From Anaerolineae bacterium (GTDB lineage Bacteria; Chloroflexota; Anaerolineae; Aggregatilineales; Phototrophicaceae): a stretch of DNA of 64,000 nucleotides. Below are positions 28,335-37,131 of this stretch, piece after piece. Both the position numbers and the translations under genes were made by a program. Each line of letters starts with the position of its first letter. Within the stretch, counting starts at the first letter, position 1. Where the stretch lies: positions 63,118 to 127,117 of the forward strand of contig JAVQVU010000007.1 of NCBI GenBank assembly GCA_033579375.1, in the 5' to 3' direction. Under the pieces are notes generated by a model that was given only the letters and a program-made list of their open reading frames with translations, searched no databases and was not told the DNA's origin.

Positions 28335-28942
28335 AGCGTCCTCGTCTCCTGAGAATGACGCGTCTTGTCGCGCACCTGGTCGGGATAACCCAGGGTGATG
28401 AGTCCTTGGGCTTGCCAGTCGGCGGGCAGAGCCAGCGCTTCACGCACGACATCAGGGCAAAAGAGCGGCGCACACATCCAACATGCTCCCAGGCCTGCTT
28501 CATGCGCCGCCAGCAGGATGTTTTGACCAGCCATCGCCACGCTTTGGACGGCCATCAGGAATTCGTTGGCGCTGCGCCACTCATCGGGGTAGGCGTCCAT
28601 ATCGACCATGCTCAGGCACAAGACGATCAGCACGGGCGCACCTGTTAGACGCTCATAGGAACGGTTGGCATCAGCATCGATAACTTCCTGGGCTACGCCG
28701 TCCGCCGCCAAATCTCGACGCAGACGCGCACCCATCGCGCGGGCTAGCGCCTCTTTAGCCTGAGCCGTCTCCACGATGACGAAGCGCCAGGGCTGGCGGT
28801 TGTGAGCGCTGGGCGACCAGATGGCCGCTTCTAATAGGCGCTCCAGCAGAGCGCGCGGCACAGGCTCAGGCCTATAGCGGCGCAGAGAGCGGCGCGTCTT
28901 GATGAGGTGCAGCAGCGACGTTTCGGAAGTCATAACTGACAT
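28325..28942 (-). CDS. nitroreductase-family protein, equivalent to the C-terminal domain of mycobacterial FbiB
   Basis: KTRRSLRRY...PSAHNRQPWRF nitroreductase signature. Its start codon directly abuts the cofE stop (0-nt gap), and it overlaps the cofD start by 10 nt. Confidence 0.75.
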   Translation of the reverse strand: MSVMTSETSLLHLIKTRRSLRRYRPEPVPRALLERLLEAAIWSPSAHNRQPWRFVIVETAQAKEALARAMGARLRRDLAADGVAQEVIDADANRSYERLTGAPVLIVLCLSMVDMDAYPDEWRSANEFLMAVQSVAMAGQNILLAAHEAGLGACWMCAPLFCPDVVREALALPADWQAQGLITLGYPDQVRDKTRHSQETRTLWR

Positions 28943-29695
28943 CTAGCGATACATGTCTTGCTCAAGTGGACGATACAAATCGCTGGCGCGCCCTGCGCCC
29001 TGAGGTAACTCCAGGCCGCGCAGCACGACCACCGGGCGGCCCTCGGCAGCTTCTCCGCACAGCAAATGGGCGGCCGAAGCGATCAGATCGGCATAGCCCT
29101 GCTGGGTAATTTTCAGCACACGCCCGAACAAGTCGGGCAGGCCGCGCATGTCCACTAGGGCAGGCAAGCCAGCCACGCCTATGGCTACGCCCACGTTGCC
29201 CAGGCGGAAGGGTCGGCCATGCGTGTCGCTGATGACGACGGCCAGCGGTACGCCCACGAGTTGGCCCAGAGAAACGCGCAGCTTTTCAGCGCTAGTATCG
29301 GGGTCTTGGGGAAGCAGCAGGGCCACTTCGTCTCCACCCTCTACGTTGGACTGGTCAATCCCAGCATTGGCCGAGACGAAGCCCAGGCGGTGCTGCGTCA
29401 CCAGCACGCCTCGTCCTGCTCGTGACACAGCCACGCTCTCGCGCAGCACCAGCTCTACCAGGCGCGGGTCTTTGCCCGTCACTTCGGCGTAGTGCAGCGC
29501 CTCGGCACTGGGAATGACATCGCTCAGGGCTACGCGGCGGCCCTCGGCCTTGCTGACGATCTTAGACGACACTACCAGCACATCACCTGCTTGCAGCGGC
29601 CTGTAGGCTTCCGCCGCCCAATGGATGAGCGTCGCCAAGTCGTCTCCTGCCTGGATCAGAGGCATACCAGGCAGGGCAAAGGCACAAAATTCCAC
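28943..29695 (-). CDS. cofE: F420-0:gamma-glutamyl ligase
   Basis: Motifs VVSSKIVSKAEGR, GFVSANAGID and VISDTHGRPFRLG. Confidence 0.85.
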   Translation of the reverse strand: MEFCAFALPGMPLIQAGDDLATLIHWAAEAYRPLQAGDVLVVSSKIVSKAEGRRVALSDVIPSAEALHYAEVTGKDPRLVELVLRESVAVSRAGRGVLVTQHRLGFVSANAGIDQSNVEGGDEVALLLPQDPDTSAEKLRVSLGQLVGVPLAVVISDTHGRPFRLGNVGVAIGVAGLPALVDMRGLPDLFGRVLKITQQGYADLIASAAHLLCGEAAEGRPVVVLRGLELPQGAGRASDLYRPLEQDMYR

Positions 29696-29707
29696 GTCTG
29701 TTCAGCC

Positions 29708-30379
29708 CTAATCTGCTAGGCCAGTGATACGAATGCCTGCACCCTTGACCTTATACTTCTTGTTGATCCACAGCAGGACGGGGGTCAAAGCCTCGGCAGC
29801 AACGGCATTGGCCAGCGGGCCAGCATCAATGCCGCGCAGGCCAGCGGCTGCCACCAACGCGATGACATCGGCTTTGGCCTCATCATCATCGGCGCACACC
29901 AACACGTCGCAATCGACAACGTTGTTCGGGTCTTTGAGCTTGACCGCGCTCACATTTTGGAAAGCAGCGACGACGCGCACACCACTGCCCAACAAGGTCT
30001 GGGCCTCCAGACAAGCCGATTTTCCTTCAGGGATATGGACTTTCGTAATGGACGGCGGCGCCAAAGGCACAGTCAAATCAACCAAGACTTTGCCCTCTAG
30101 GTGCGGCTTGACCGACTCTAGGGTGGTCTTGTGGGCGTCGTAAGGCACGCTCAGGACGACTATACTGGCCTGTGCGGCGGCGTCTGCGTTGCTCATGCCC
30201 AACAAAATCTCGCCTTCAACGAGCTGAGTGTTCAGTTCAGCAGCAGTAGCCTGCGCTTTTTCGGCGCTACGCGAGCCGACGATAACTTTATAGCCTTTGA
30301 GCGCCCAGCGCAGGGCCAAAGCCGAGCCTTCTTTGCCCGTGCCACCCAAGACAGCAATCGTCTGAATTAAATCCGACAT
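29708..30379 (-). CDS. fno: NADPH-dependent F420 reductase
   Basis: IAVLGGTGKEGSALALRWA NADP Rossmann motif. The 223-aa length is typical of NpdG/Fno. Confidence 0.85.
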   Translation of the reverse strand: MSDLIQTIAVLGGTGKEGSALALRWALKGYKVIVGSRSAEKAQATAAELNTQLVEGEILLGMSNADAAAQASIVVLSVPYDAHKTTLESVKPHLEGKVLVDLTVPLAPPSITKVHIPEGKSACLEAQTLLGSGVRVVAAFQNVSAVKLKDPNNVVDCDVLVCADDDEAKADVIALVAAAGLRGIDAGPLANAVAAEALTPVLLWINKKYKVKGAGIRITGLAD

Positions 30380-30410
30380 GATACCCTTCTTCCAGATGAG
30401 TTAGGCGAGA

Positions 30411-31775
30411 TTATGTTTCACTTTGCAGGTAACGCTCCACGTAGCGACGGTAATTAGCCCAAACCTGCGGCGCATGAGCCAGCGCTTCCCGCAGGATGGC
30501 ACGTTCGTCCAGAGTCTGTAGGCGTCGATCCTTCATCAGGATTTTACCGTCCACCAGCGTCCCCGTCACCATCGAAGTCTCAAACCCGAAGATGACATGC
30601 CAGGGCGCATTCTCACCCGTGAACGGTGTGAAGGGCCGATAGTCCACTAGGATCAGGTCGGCCTGCGCGCCGACTTCTAGCACGCCCAAGCGCTGCCCAG
30701 GGAAGAGGGTTTCGGCCAGGCGCGCGTTGTTCACAGTGGCCATGCGCGCAATGTCTGCGCCGTTGGCTTGGCGCGCGTCGCGGTGGACGACCTTATGCAG
30801 AAAATAGGCGGCGCGCCATTCCGCCCATAGGTCGTTGCTGAAGCCATCCGTCCCCAGGCATAACTTGACGCCTGAATTGAGCATAGCCTGCAAGTCCATC
30901 GCGCCGACGGCGTTGTTCATGTTGCTGCGCGGCTGGTGCGTCACCCAGACGCCTCGCTCCACCAGCAAACGGCGCTCGGCGTCATCGATGTGGACGCAGT
31001 GAGCTGCAATGCTGTTCGCTCGCCATAAACCAAACGAGTCCAAGCGCTGGACGACGCGCTGACCGCTGCGCCGCAGGCTGTCGTCTTCATCAGCTTCGTG
31101 TTCTGCCACGTGGACGTGGATGCCCACGCCCTCAGGCAGTGCGTCAGCACACGCCCGCAGCGAACCGTCGGACAGGCTGAGGCTAGCGTGCAGGCCGAAA
31201 GTCCCCGCTAAACGCGGCTCGCCCTGGCAAGCCCTCAGCCAACGCAGATTTTCGTCAATACCAGCTTGCATTCTGTCCAGGCCGTCCCGATCTGTGACTT
31301 CATAGCACAAAACAGCGCGCAGGCCCGCCTGCTCCACCGCCTGGCCGATCAGGTCTAGACTGCCAGAGATGATGTTGGGACTGGCGTGATGGTCAAAGAG
31401 CGTGGTCACGCCATGCTTGATGGCGTCGACCAGCATGACCAGGGCGCTGAGTCGCACCGCGTCAGCATCCAGGGCTTTGTCAAGCTGCCACCACAGACGA
31501 CGCAAAATCTCAGGAAACTCGGCCATCGGCGCGCCAGGGATAGCCATGCCGCGCGCATATGCGCCGTAAAAGTGGGTGTGGGCCACAATCCCACCCGGCA
31601 TAACGATCTGGCCATCAGCGTCCCAGCGCTCCGCTTGGGGATAGCTGGATCGCAGGTCAGCACTCGCGCCGATGGCGACGATTCGACCATCGACGATATA
31701 AACAGACTGATCGGGGGTCACCTGAGGATCGTCGCCCCAATTCAGCAAGGTGGCATTCTCAATCAACAAGCTCAT
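30411..31775 (-). CDS. ssnA: SsnA-like amidohydrolase (chlorohydrolase/aminohydrolase superfamily)
   Basis: The blocks AHTHFY, LWWQLDKAL, DHHASP, RSNMNNAVG and LGTDG are the same blocks I recall in E. coli SsnA. Confidence 0.8.
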   Translation of the reverse strand: MSLLIENATLLNWGDDPQVTPDQSVYIVDGRIVAIGASADLRSSYPQAERWDADGQIVMPGGIVAHTHFYGAYARGMAIPGAPMAEFPEILRRLWWQLDKALDADAVRLSALVMLVDAIKHGVTTLFDHHASPNIISGSLDLIGQAVEQAGLRAVLCYEVTDRDGLDRMQAGIDENLRWLRACQGEPRLAGTFGLHASLSLSDGSLRACADALPEGVGIHVHVAEHEADEDDSLRRSGQRVVQRLDSFGLWRANSIAAHCVHIDDAERRLLVERGVWVTHQPRSNMNNAVGAMDLQAMLNSGVKLCLGTDGFSNDLWAEWRAAYFLHKVVHRDARQANGADIARMATVNNARLAETLFPGQRLGVLEVGAQADLILVDYRPFTPFTGENAPWHVIFGFETSMVTGTLVDGKILMKDRRLQTLDERAILREALAHAPQVWANYRRYVERYLQSET

Positions 31776-32212
31776 AGGTCTCTCTCGGTGGTTTGTAGTG
31801 GACGAGGACGAGCTAACTCGCTGATGTCTTGGGCAGCCAAGAAGCGCTCCCCCGTCGTCCAGATGAAGCTCACGCGCCGCCCCAGGCGGTTGAGGATTGG
31901 CGGAGTCTTGTTCAACAGGGCCTCTAGGTGCAGCCTATAGTAAGCTTCGTCAGCGCGCGGATGGTCGGCCTCTTGAGGTAGCAAGTGGCGGCGCAAGTGT
32001 AGCTCCACGCCGCGCAACCGCCCGAAGTAGTAAATGCCGCTCACACCGTAGGGCCGCGCCGCCTGCCCGCTGAAGAACAGGGCCAGGTACTCTGCTCCAA
32101 AGCCATTCGGCATACGCCAGAGTGGAATACGATACCAAAGGTCGCGCAGCAGGCTCTCGGCGTCGCGCTGGCGATTGACGACGCCCACCAGCACGCGATC
32201 CTCTGGGTACAT
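31772..32212 (-). CDS. conserved hypothetical protein (146 aa), translationally coupled to ssnA
   Basis: No recognisable catalytic motif. Pattern VLVGVVNRQRD...WYRIPL...EYLALFF...HPRADEAYYRL. Its TGA overlaps the ssnA ATG (ATGA at 31772-31775). Confidence 0.5.
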   Translation of the reverse strand: MYPEDRVLVGVVNRQRDAESLLRDLWYRIPLWRMPNGFGAEYLALFFSGQAARPYGVSGIYYFGRLRGVELHLRRHLLPQEADHPRADEAYYRLHLEALLNKTPPILNRLGRRVSFIWTTGERFLAAQDISELARPRPLQTTERDL

Positions 32213-32224
32213 GATCGCTCGTCT

Positions 32225-33622
32225 TCAGTCGCCCACGACGGGCTGGCGTTCGCGAGTGGCGATCAGCATGTCGTCAATTTCGGCCACCATCTGTTGATGG
32301 CGAATCCACCACTGCGGGTTGCGCTGCGCATCAAGCTCATCGACTGTCTTGCCCTGCTGCTCCACCCAGGTGTAGTACTTGAGGTTGTGCCAGCGCTGGC
32401 GCGCATCAGACGTGCCGTCCATCACCCAATCGGTGCGCGCTCCATGAAAAATGCGTTCGATGTAGCCGATGGCCTGAGTTTCGGTGATGGGGCCGTGCTT
32501 GGCCTCCATGTGTTGCATAACGCTGTAGTAGCGTTCTAGTGAATCAGTGGCGACGGTGACGATCACGTCGCCTGCGCCGAGACGGTAGTGCCTGGCCGTC
32601 TTGATCGCGCCGATGATGTTGCACATGCCGCTGATCCCGAACAGGTTGCCGTAGAAGTCGATCTGACCATCGCCAAAGCCGTAGTGGCGCTCCAAGACCT
32701 GACGGCCAACAGGACTGGCGAAGACGCGCAGCGCGTTCACCGAGTCCATGTCGTCAATGCACATGAGCGCGTCCATGTTCAGCACGTTGTGAATCCAGGT
32801 GACGTGCTTGTCGCCAATGCCCTGAATTTCGTGCGCGCCGTAGCCGTTGTTGTAGAGCGTCGGGCATTGAATCGGCTCTAGCCCGACGATCTTATGCTCT
32901 GGGAAGAGTTGCTTGAGCCGATCACCAGCGGCGATTGTGCCAGCGCTGCCCATGCTGCTCACGTAAGCCGCTACGCGCCCATTGCCGATGCCGCGCGCAT
33001 GCAGCTCTGCCGCCAGTTCCGCCACCGTGTTGCCGGTGACGTAATAGTGGAAGCGGTAGTTGCCCATCACCTCAAACTGGTTGAGGATGCGAGCATTTGG
33101 GTTCTCGCGGCGGATGCGATTCACCTCATCGTAAATCTCTTTGACGTTGCTCTCGCTGCCTGGCGTGCGGATGATCCGCGCGCCGTAGCTCTCAATGCGT
33201 TGGAAGCGTTCCTTGCTCATGTCAGCGGGCAGGACGACCACGCTGTCATACCCCATGCGGCAGCCAATAAACGCGCCACCAATGCCATAATTGCCCGTCG
33301 AAGGCCAGACTAGCGTGTGTTTGCTGGGGTCAACCTCTCCCAAGAGTTGCTTTTCGATCAGGACGCTGTAAGCTGCGCCGACCTTGTGGCTGCCTGACGG
33401 GAAGGCCATGCCATAAATCACGACGATGTTGGTATCAACGCCAGTCAGGGCTTTGGGCAATACCACGTGGTAGACCTGATTTTCGCCATCGCGCCAAGTG
33501 ACGTTGTAAAGGTTGATCGGGTCTAGAGGTGCTTCGTGGCGCGCGCGCAAGGCTTTGGCGCGCACTTCAGGATCAATTTTGTGCGGATGAAGCATTTCTT
33601 CGAACGTTGGGCCAGTAACCAT
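32225..33622 (-). CDS. fold-type-II PLP-dependent enzyme (CysK/TrpB-like) with N- and C-terminal extensions
   Basis: PLP-lysine context SGSHKVGAAY. Also STGNYGIGGAF, VGLEPIQCPTL and HEIQGIGDKH. The 465-aa length is about 150 aa longer than CysK. Confidence 0.75.
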   Translation of the reverse strand: MVTGPTFEEMLHPHKIDPEVRAKALRARHEAPLDPINLYNVTWRDGENQVYHVVLPKALTGVDTNIVVIYGMAFPSGSHKVGAAYSVLIEKQLLGEVDPSKHTLVWPSTGNYGIGGAFIGCRMGYDSVVVLPADMSKERFQRIESYGARIIRTPGSESNVKEIYDEVNRIRRENPNARILNQFEVMGNYRFHYYVTGNTVAELAAELHARGIGNGRVAAYVSSMGSAGTIAAGDRLKQLFPEHKIVGLEPIQCPTLYNNGYGAHEIQGIGDKHVTWIHNVLNMDALMCIDDMDSVNALRVFASPVGRQVLERHYGFGDGQIDFYGNLFGISGMCNIIGAIKTARHYRLGAGDVIVTVATDSLERYYSVMQHMEAKHGPITETQAIGYIERIFHGARTDWVMDGTSDARQRWHNLKYYTWVEQQGKTVDELDAQRNPQWWIRHQQMVAEIDDMLIATRERQPVVGD

Positions 33623-33662
33623 CTTCTCTTCCCTCGACTGTGGCCGAATTTAAGCCTGCCAA

Positions 33663-33893
33663 TTATCCTTCGTCATCCATCGCCAACTGCTGCTCCAGCG
33701 CACGAATCTCGCTGAACAGATCGTCGCGGCGGCGCGCCCAAGCGCGGTAGCGCTCCAAATCCTGAGGCGAGAGACGGTCATTATGCCCGCCATGCACGCT
33801 CAGCAAGCCATCAATCTGTCGATCTAGCGCATGATAATCCGCCACCAGGGCCTGGTAGCGCACCAAGAGCGACTTGAGTTCCTCACTGGCCAT
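33663..33893 (-). CDS. small coiled-coil protein (DUF465/YdcH-like?)
   Basis: The ATG at 33893 has GGAG 10 nt upstream and gives the 76-aa protein MASEELKSLLVRYQALVADYHALDRQIDGLL.... The longer track ORF (to 33968) would overlap the GT2 gene by 86 nt. Confidence 0.35.
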   Translation of the reverse strand: MASEELKSLLVRYQALVADYHALDRQIDGLLSVHGGHNDRLSPQDLERYRAWARRRDDLFSEIRALEQQLAMDDEG

Positions 33894-34905
33894 TGCGGCT
33901 GCGCTCCACACTCTCGCGGGTAGCAATCGGCGGCACGCGCTGCGAACGCTCCACGTTGGGAAACTCATCGAAGTTGCGCGTCGAAGCTACCACGTACAAT
34001 GGACGATCACGTGTTTCGTCGTAAATGCGAGCAATATACTGGCCCACGATGAACAGGAAGAACAATTGGAAGGCGCTGAGCAGCATGAGCAGAATGATCG
34101 TCGTCGCCTGGCCACCGAAGAAATCTGGCCCTTGTGTCAGGCGCAAAACAGCCACTACGATCCCTACGATGACCGCCAGCACCGCCAAGCCCAGGCTGAG
34201 GTAGATCATCACCTGGAGGGGGAAGTACGAGAAGCCAGTGACGGCGTCCCAGGCGAAGCGAATCATCTTGCGCAAGGGATATTTGGTCTCGCCGGCTACG
34301 CGCGCCCTGCGCACATAGCCCACGCCAGTCTGCTTAAAGCCAGCCCAGCTGGTCATGCCGCGTATGAAGCGGTTGTGTTCGCGCATGTGGCGCAGCACAT
34401 CGGCGACCTTGCGATCCATCAGACGAAAGTCGCCAGTGTCAACGGGAATGTTGACATCAGTAATGCGATAGATGAGGCGGTAGAAGAGCTTAGCTGTCGT
34501 CAGCTTGAACCAGCTCTCACCTTCGCGCTGAGTGCGCACGGCGTACACCACATCGTAACCTTCGCGCCACTTGGCCACCAGCTCTGGGATCACCTCTGGT
34601 GGGTCTTGCAGGTCAGTATCGATCAGGACGACGGCGTCGCCGCTGGCGTGGTCAATGCCAGCGGTGACAGCCACCTGATGGCCAAAGTTGCGGGCAAAGT
34701 TGACGACGCGCACCCGTGAGTCGGACTCGGCCAGCCGCTCCATAATGGCCAGCGAGCCGTCACGGCTGCCATCGTTAATCATGATGAGTTCCCAGGGTTG
34801 CCCTAGACCTTCCATGACAGCCCGCACGCGCTCATAGAAAGCGGGCAGAATTTCTTCTTCATCGTAAACCGGCGCAACAATGGAAAAAGTCGGTCTGTTG
34901 TTCAT
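33883..34905 (-). CDS. GT2 polyprenol-phosphate glycosyltransferase (GtrB/ArnC/DPM1-like)
   Basis: Motifs SIVAPVYDEEE, INDGSRDGS and DTDLQDPPE (DxD). Two C-terminal TM helices, as in GtrB. Confidence 0.85.
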   Translation of the reverse strand: MNNRPTFSIVAPVYDEEEILPAFYERVRAVMEGLGQPWELIMINDGSRDGSLAIMERLAESDSRVRVVNFARNFGHQVAVTAGIDHASGDAVVLIDTDLQDPPEVIPELVAKWREGYDVVYAVRTQREGESWFKLTTAKLFYRLIYRITDVNIPVDTGDFRLMDRKVADVLRHMREHNRFIRGMTSWAGFKQTGVGYVRRARVAGETKYPLRKMIRFAWDAVTGFSYFPLQVMIYLSLGLAVLAVIVGIVVAVLRLTQGPDFFGGQATTIILLMLLSAFQLFFLFIVGQYIARIYDETRDRPLYVVASTRNFDEFPNVERSQRVPPIATRESVERSRNGQ

Positions 34906-36164
34906 GGAGTTTCTATCTTGTTGAGCAGCGCTTGGCGGATGATGGCCAGATCAGGCGGGACGCGCAGGCCGCCGCTTACAGCTTGCTGAGCGCGCTTGAT
35001 GTCTTTCAAGCCATTGCCAGTGAGCATAAGCAGAACACGCTCTTCTGAATGAATATACCCCGATTCTACTGCAATCTGCGCACCCGCAAAAGCGGCGGCT
35101 GAGGCCGGCTCGGCGAAGACGCCGCTCAGACGCGCCAATTGGGGGATTGCAGCGAGGATTTGCTCATCGCTGACGGCGACATATGCACCATTAGTCTGGC
35201 GCACAGCGCGCAGCGCCTTCACGCGGTCGCGCGGCAAGCCCGCCGAAATGCTGTCGGCGATGGTCTCCGCAGGAGCGGGTTGCATGTCCTGACCGGCTAT
35301 GCCAAGACGCCAAGCTTGCACTAACGCTGAGCTGCCCTCAGCCTGCACACCAATGATACGCGGCATACGATCTGTCCAGCCTAGTTGGTACAAATCCCAA
35401 AAACCTTTGTACAACCCGCTGATGATACTGCCATCCCCCACGCTGACGACGACGACATCCGGCACTCGCCAACCAAGCTGTTCGGCAATCTCCAGGCTGG
35501 CGCTCTTCTTGCCCTCGGTCGTGAAGGGATTCACGCCGGTGTTGCGGCAATACCAGTTGGCTTCCAGGCTTATCTGCATACACAGATCGAAAGCCACGTC
35601 GTAGCTGTCTTCGATGAGGATCACCTGCGCGCCGTAGACCAGCAGTTGGGCAATCTTGGCTTCTGGCGCAGTAGCAGGCACGAAGATGATGGTCTGCATG
35701 TGTGGCACAGACGCCATGACCCCAGCAAGCGCGGCGGCAGCGTTGCCCGTGCTGGCGGCGCTCACAGTGCGTATACCAAGCTCCATCGCGCGCGTCACCA
35801 CGACGACGCTGGCGCGGTCTTTGTAAGAGGCGGTTGGGTTACGTCCATCGTCTTTGAGCCAGACCTGGCGTAGGCCCAGGCTCTCGGCCACGCGCGGCGC
35901 ATTATAGAGTGGCGTCCAGCCTACCGACAGAGATGGCACAGGCGACTCGTCCGCGATGGGTAGAAGCGCTTTGTAACGCCAGACGTTCATGAGTGAGCTG
36001 TGGCCGATGGCATCACGGTCTACGCTGGCGCGCAGGGCAGCGTAGTCGTAGAGGATATCCAACGTACCCGCTTCGCCGCAATCAGGGCAGGTGTAGGTAA
36101 CTTCGCTCAGGCCGTACTGCCTGCCGCAGATAACGCACTGAAGGAACATCGATTTACTCATCAA
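34902..36164 (-). CDS. threonine-synthase-like PLP enzyme with an N-terminal Cys4 zinc ribbon
   Basis: Motifs CVICGRQY...CPDCG, PLP lysine TASYKDRAS and STGNAAAALAG. The function could be ThrC or a related beta-replacement/elimination enzyme. Confidence 0.75.
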   Translation of the reverse strand: MMSKSMFLQCVICGRQYGLSEVTYTCPDCGEAGTLDILYDYAALRASVDRDAIGHSSLMNVWRYKALLPIADESPVPSLSVGWTPLYNAPRVAESLGLRQVWLKDDGRNPTASYKDRASVVVVTRAMELGIRTVSAASTGNAAAALAGVMASVPHMQTIIFVPATAPEAKIAQLLVYGAQVILIEDSYDVAFDLCMQISLEANWYCRNTGVNPFTTEGKKSASLEIAEQLGWRVPDVVVVSVGDGSIISGLYKGFWDLYQLGWTDRMPRIIGVQAEGSSALVQAWRLGIAGQDMQPAPAETIADSISAGLPRDRVKALRAVRQTNGAYVAVSDEQILAAIPQLARLSGVFAEPASAAAFAGAQIAVESGYIHSEERVLLMLTGNGLKDIKRAQQAVSGGLRVPPDLAIIRQALLNKIETP

Positions 36165-37125
36165 AGTCGCTCCGTCGTCCGGGGATGATGCGTGTGCCGC
36201 TCTCGCCGCGCATAGCGCGCGTCAGGTTTTCAGGATTGGTGATGATGGCCTGTGGGCCACCGTGCTGCACAAACTCCACCGCCGCTTCGATCTTGGGCAG
36301 CATACTGCCCACCCCGAAGTGGCCTTCGCTGATGTAGCTGCGCGCTTCTTGCAAGGTCATCTCGTCCAAATCGCGCTGTTGTGGCTTGTTGAAGTACAAG
36401 CAGACCTTCTCAACGCCAGTGGAGATCATGAGCAGATCAGCGCGCAGAGTTTGTGCTAGCAGGCTGGCTGTGCGGTCTTTGTCGACGACAGCAAACACGC
36501 CGCGCAGGCTGCCATACTCGTTGCGCACCACGGGTATGCCTCCTCCGCCCGCTGCGATGACGACGTAGCCACTGAGCATGAGAGCTTGGATGGCGTTGAT
36601 TTCGTGGATAGCACGCGGGACGGGTGAAGCGACGACGCGCCGCCAACCGCGACCGCTGTCTTCCATCACCTGCCAGCCCTCGGCTTCGAATTTGCGCGCC
36701 TCTTCTTCTGTCATGAAGCCACCGACGGGCTTGGTGGGAGTCTGGAAAGCAGGATCGTCGGCGTCGACGCGCACTTGAGTGATGACGGTGACGCAAGTGC
36801 GATTGATCCCACGCCGACGCAAGGCGTTGTCCAGCGACTGGCTGAGCATGTAACCAATACTGCCCTGGGTGTCTGCTACGACCAGATCGAGCGGCACGTC
36901 ATGAATGCCCCCATGCTTGACAGCAATTTCACCGCGCCGCATGATATAGCCCACCTGTGGGCCGTTGCCATGCGTCACTACCACGTGCCAATTGTCAGCG
37001 ATCATGTCGGCGATGTGGTTGCAGGTCTTGCGCACCGCCTCCCATTGGCGCGCAATGCCGGGGTCTTTGGGATTCTCTATTAACGAGTTGCCGCCGATAG
37101 CGATGACCGCCAATTTTTCTATCAT
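36154..37125 (-). CDS. arcC: carbamate kinase
   Basis: Motifs VIAIGGNSL, VVTHGNGPQVG and IAAGGGGIPV. Confidence 0.9.
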   Translation of the reverse strand: MIEKLAVIAIGGNSLIENPKDPGIARQWEAVRKTCNHIADMIADNWHVVVTHGNGPQVGYIMRRGEIAVKHGGIHDVPLDLVVADTQGSIGYMLSQSLDNALRRRGINRTCVTVITQVRVDADDPAFQTPTKPVGGFMTEEEARKFEAEGWQVMEDSGRGWRRVVASPVPRAIHEINAIQALMLSGYVVIAAGGGGIPVVRNEYGSLRGVFAVVDKDRTASLLAQTLRADLLMISTGVEKVCLYFNKPQQRDLDEMTLQEARSYISEGHFGVGSMLPKIEAAVEFVQHGGPQAIITNPENLTRAMRGESGTRIIPGRRSDFDE

Positions 37126-37131
37126 AGTCTT

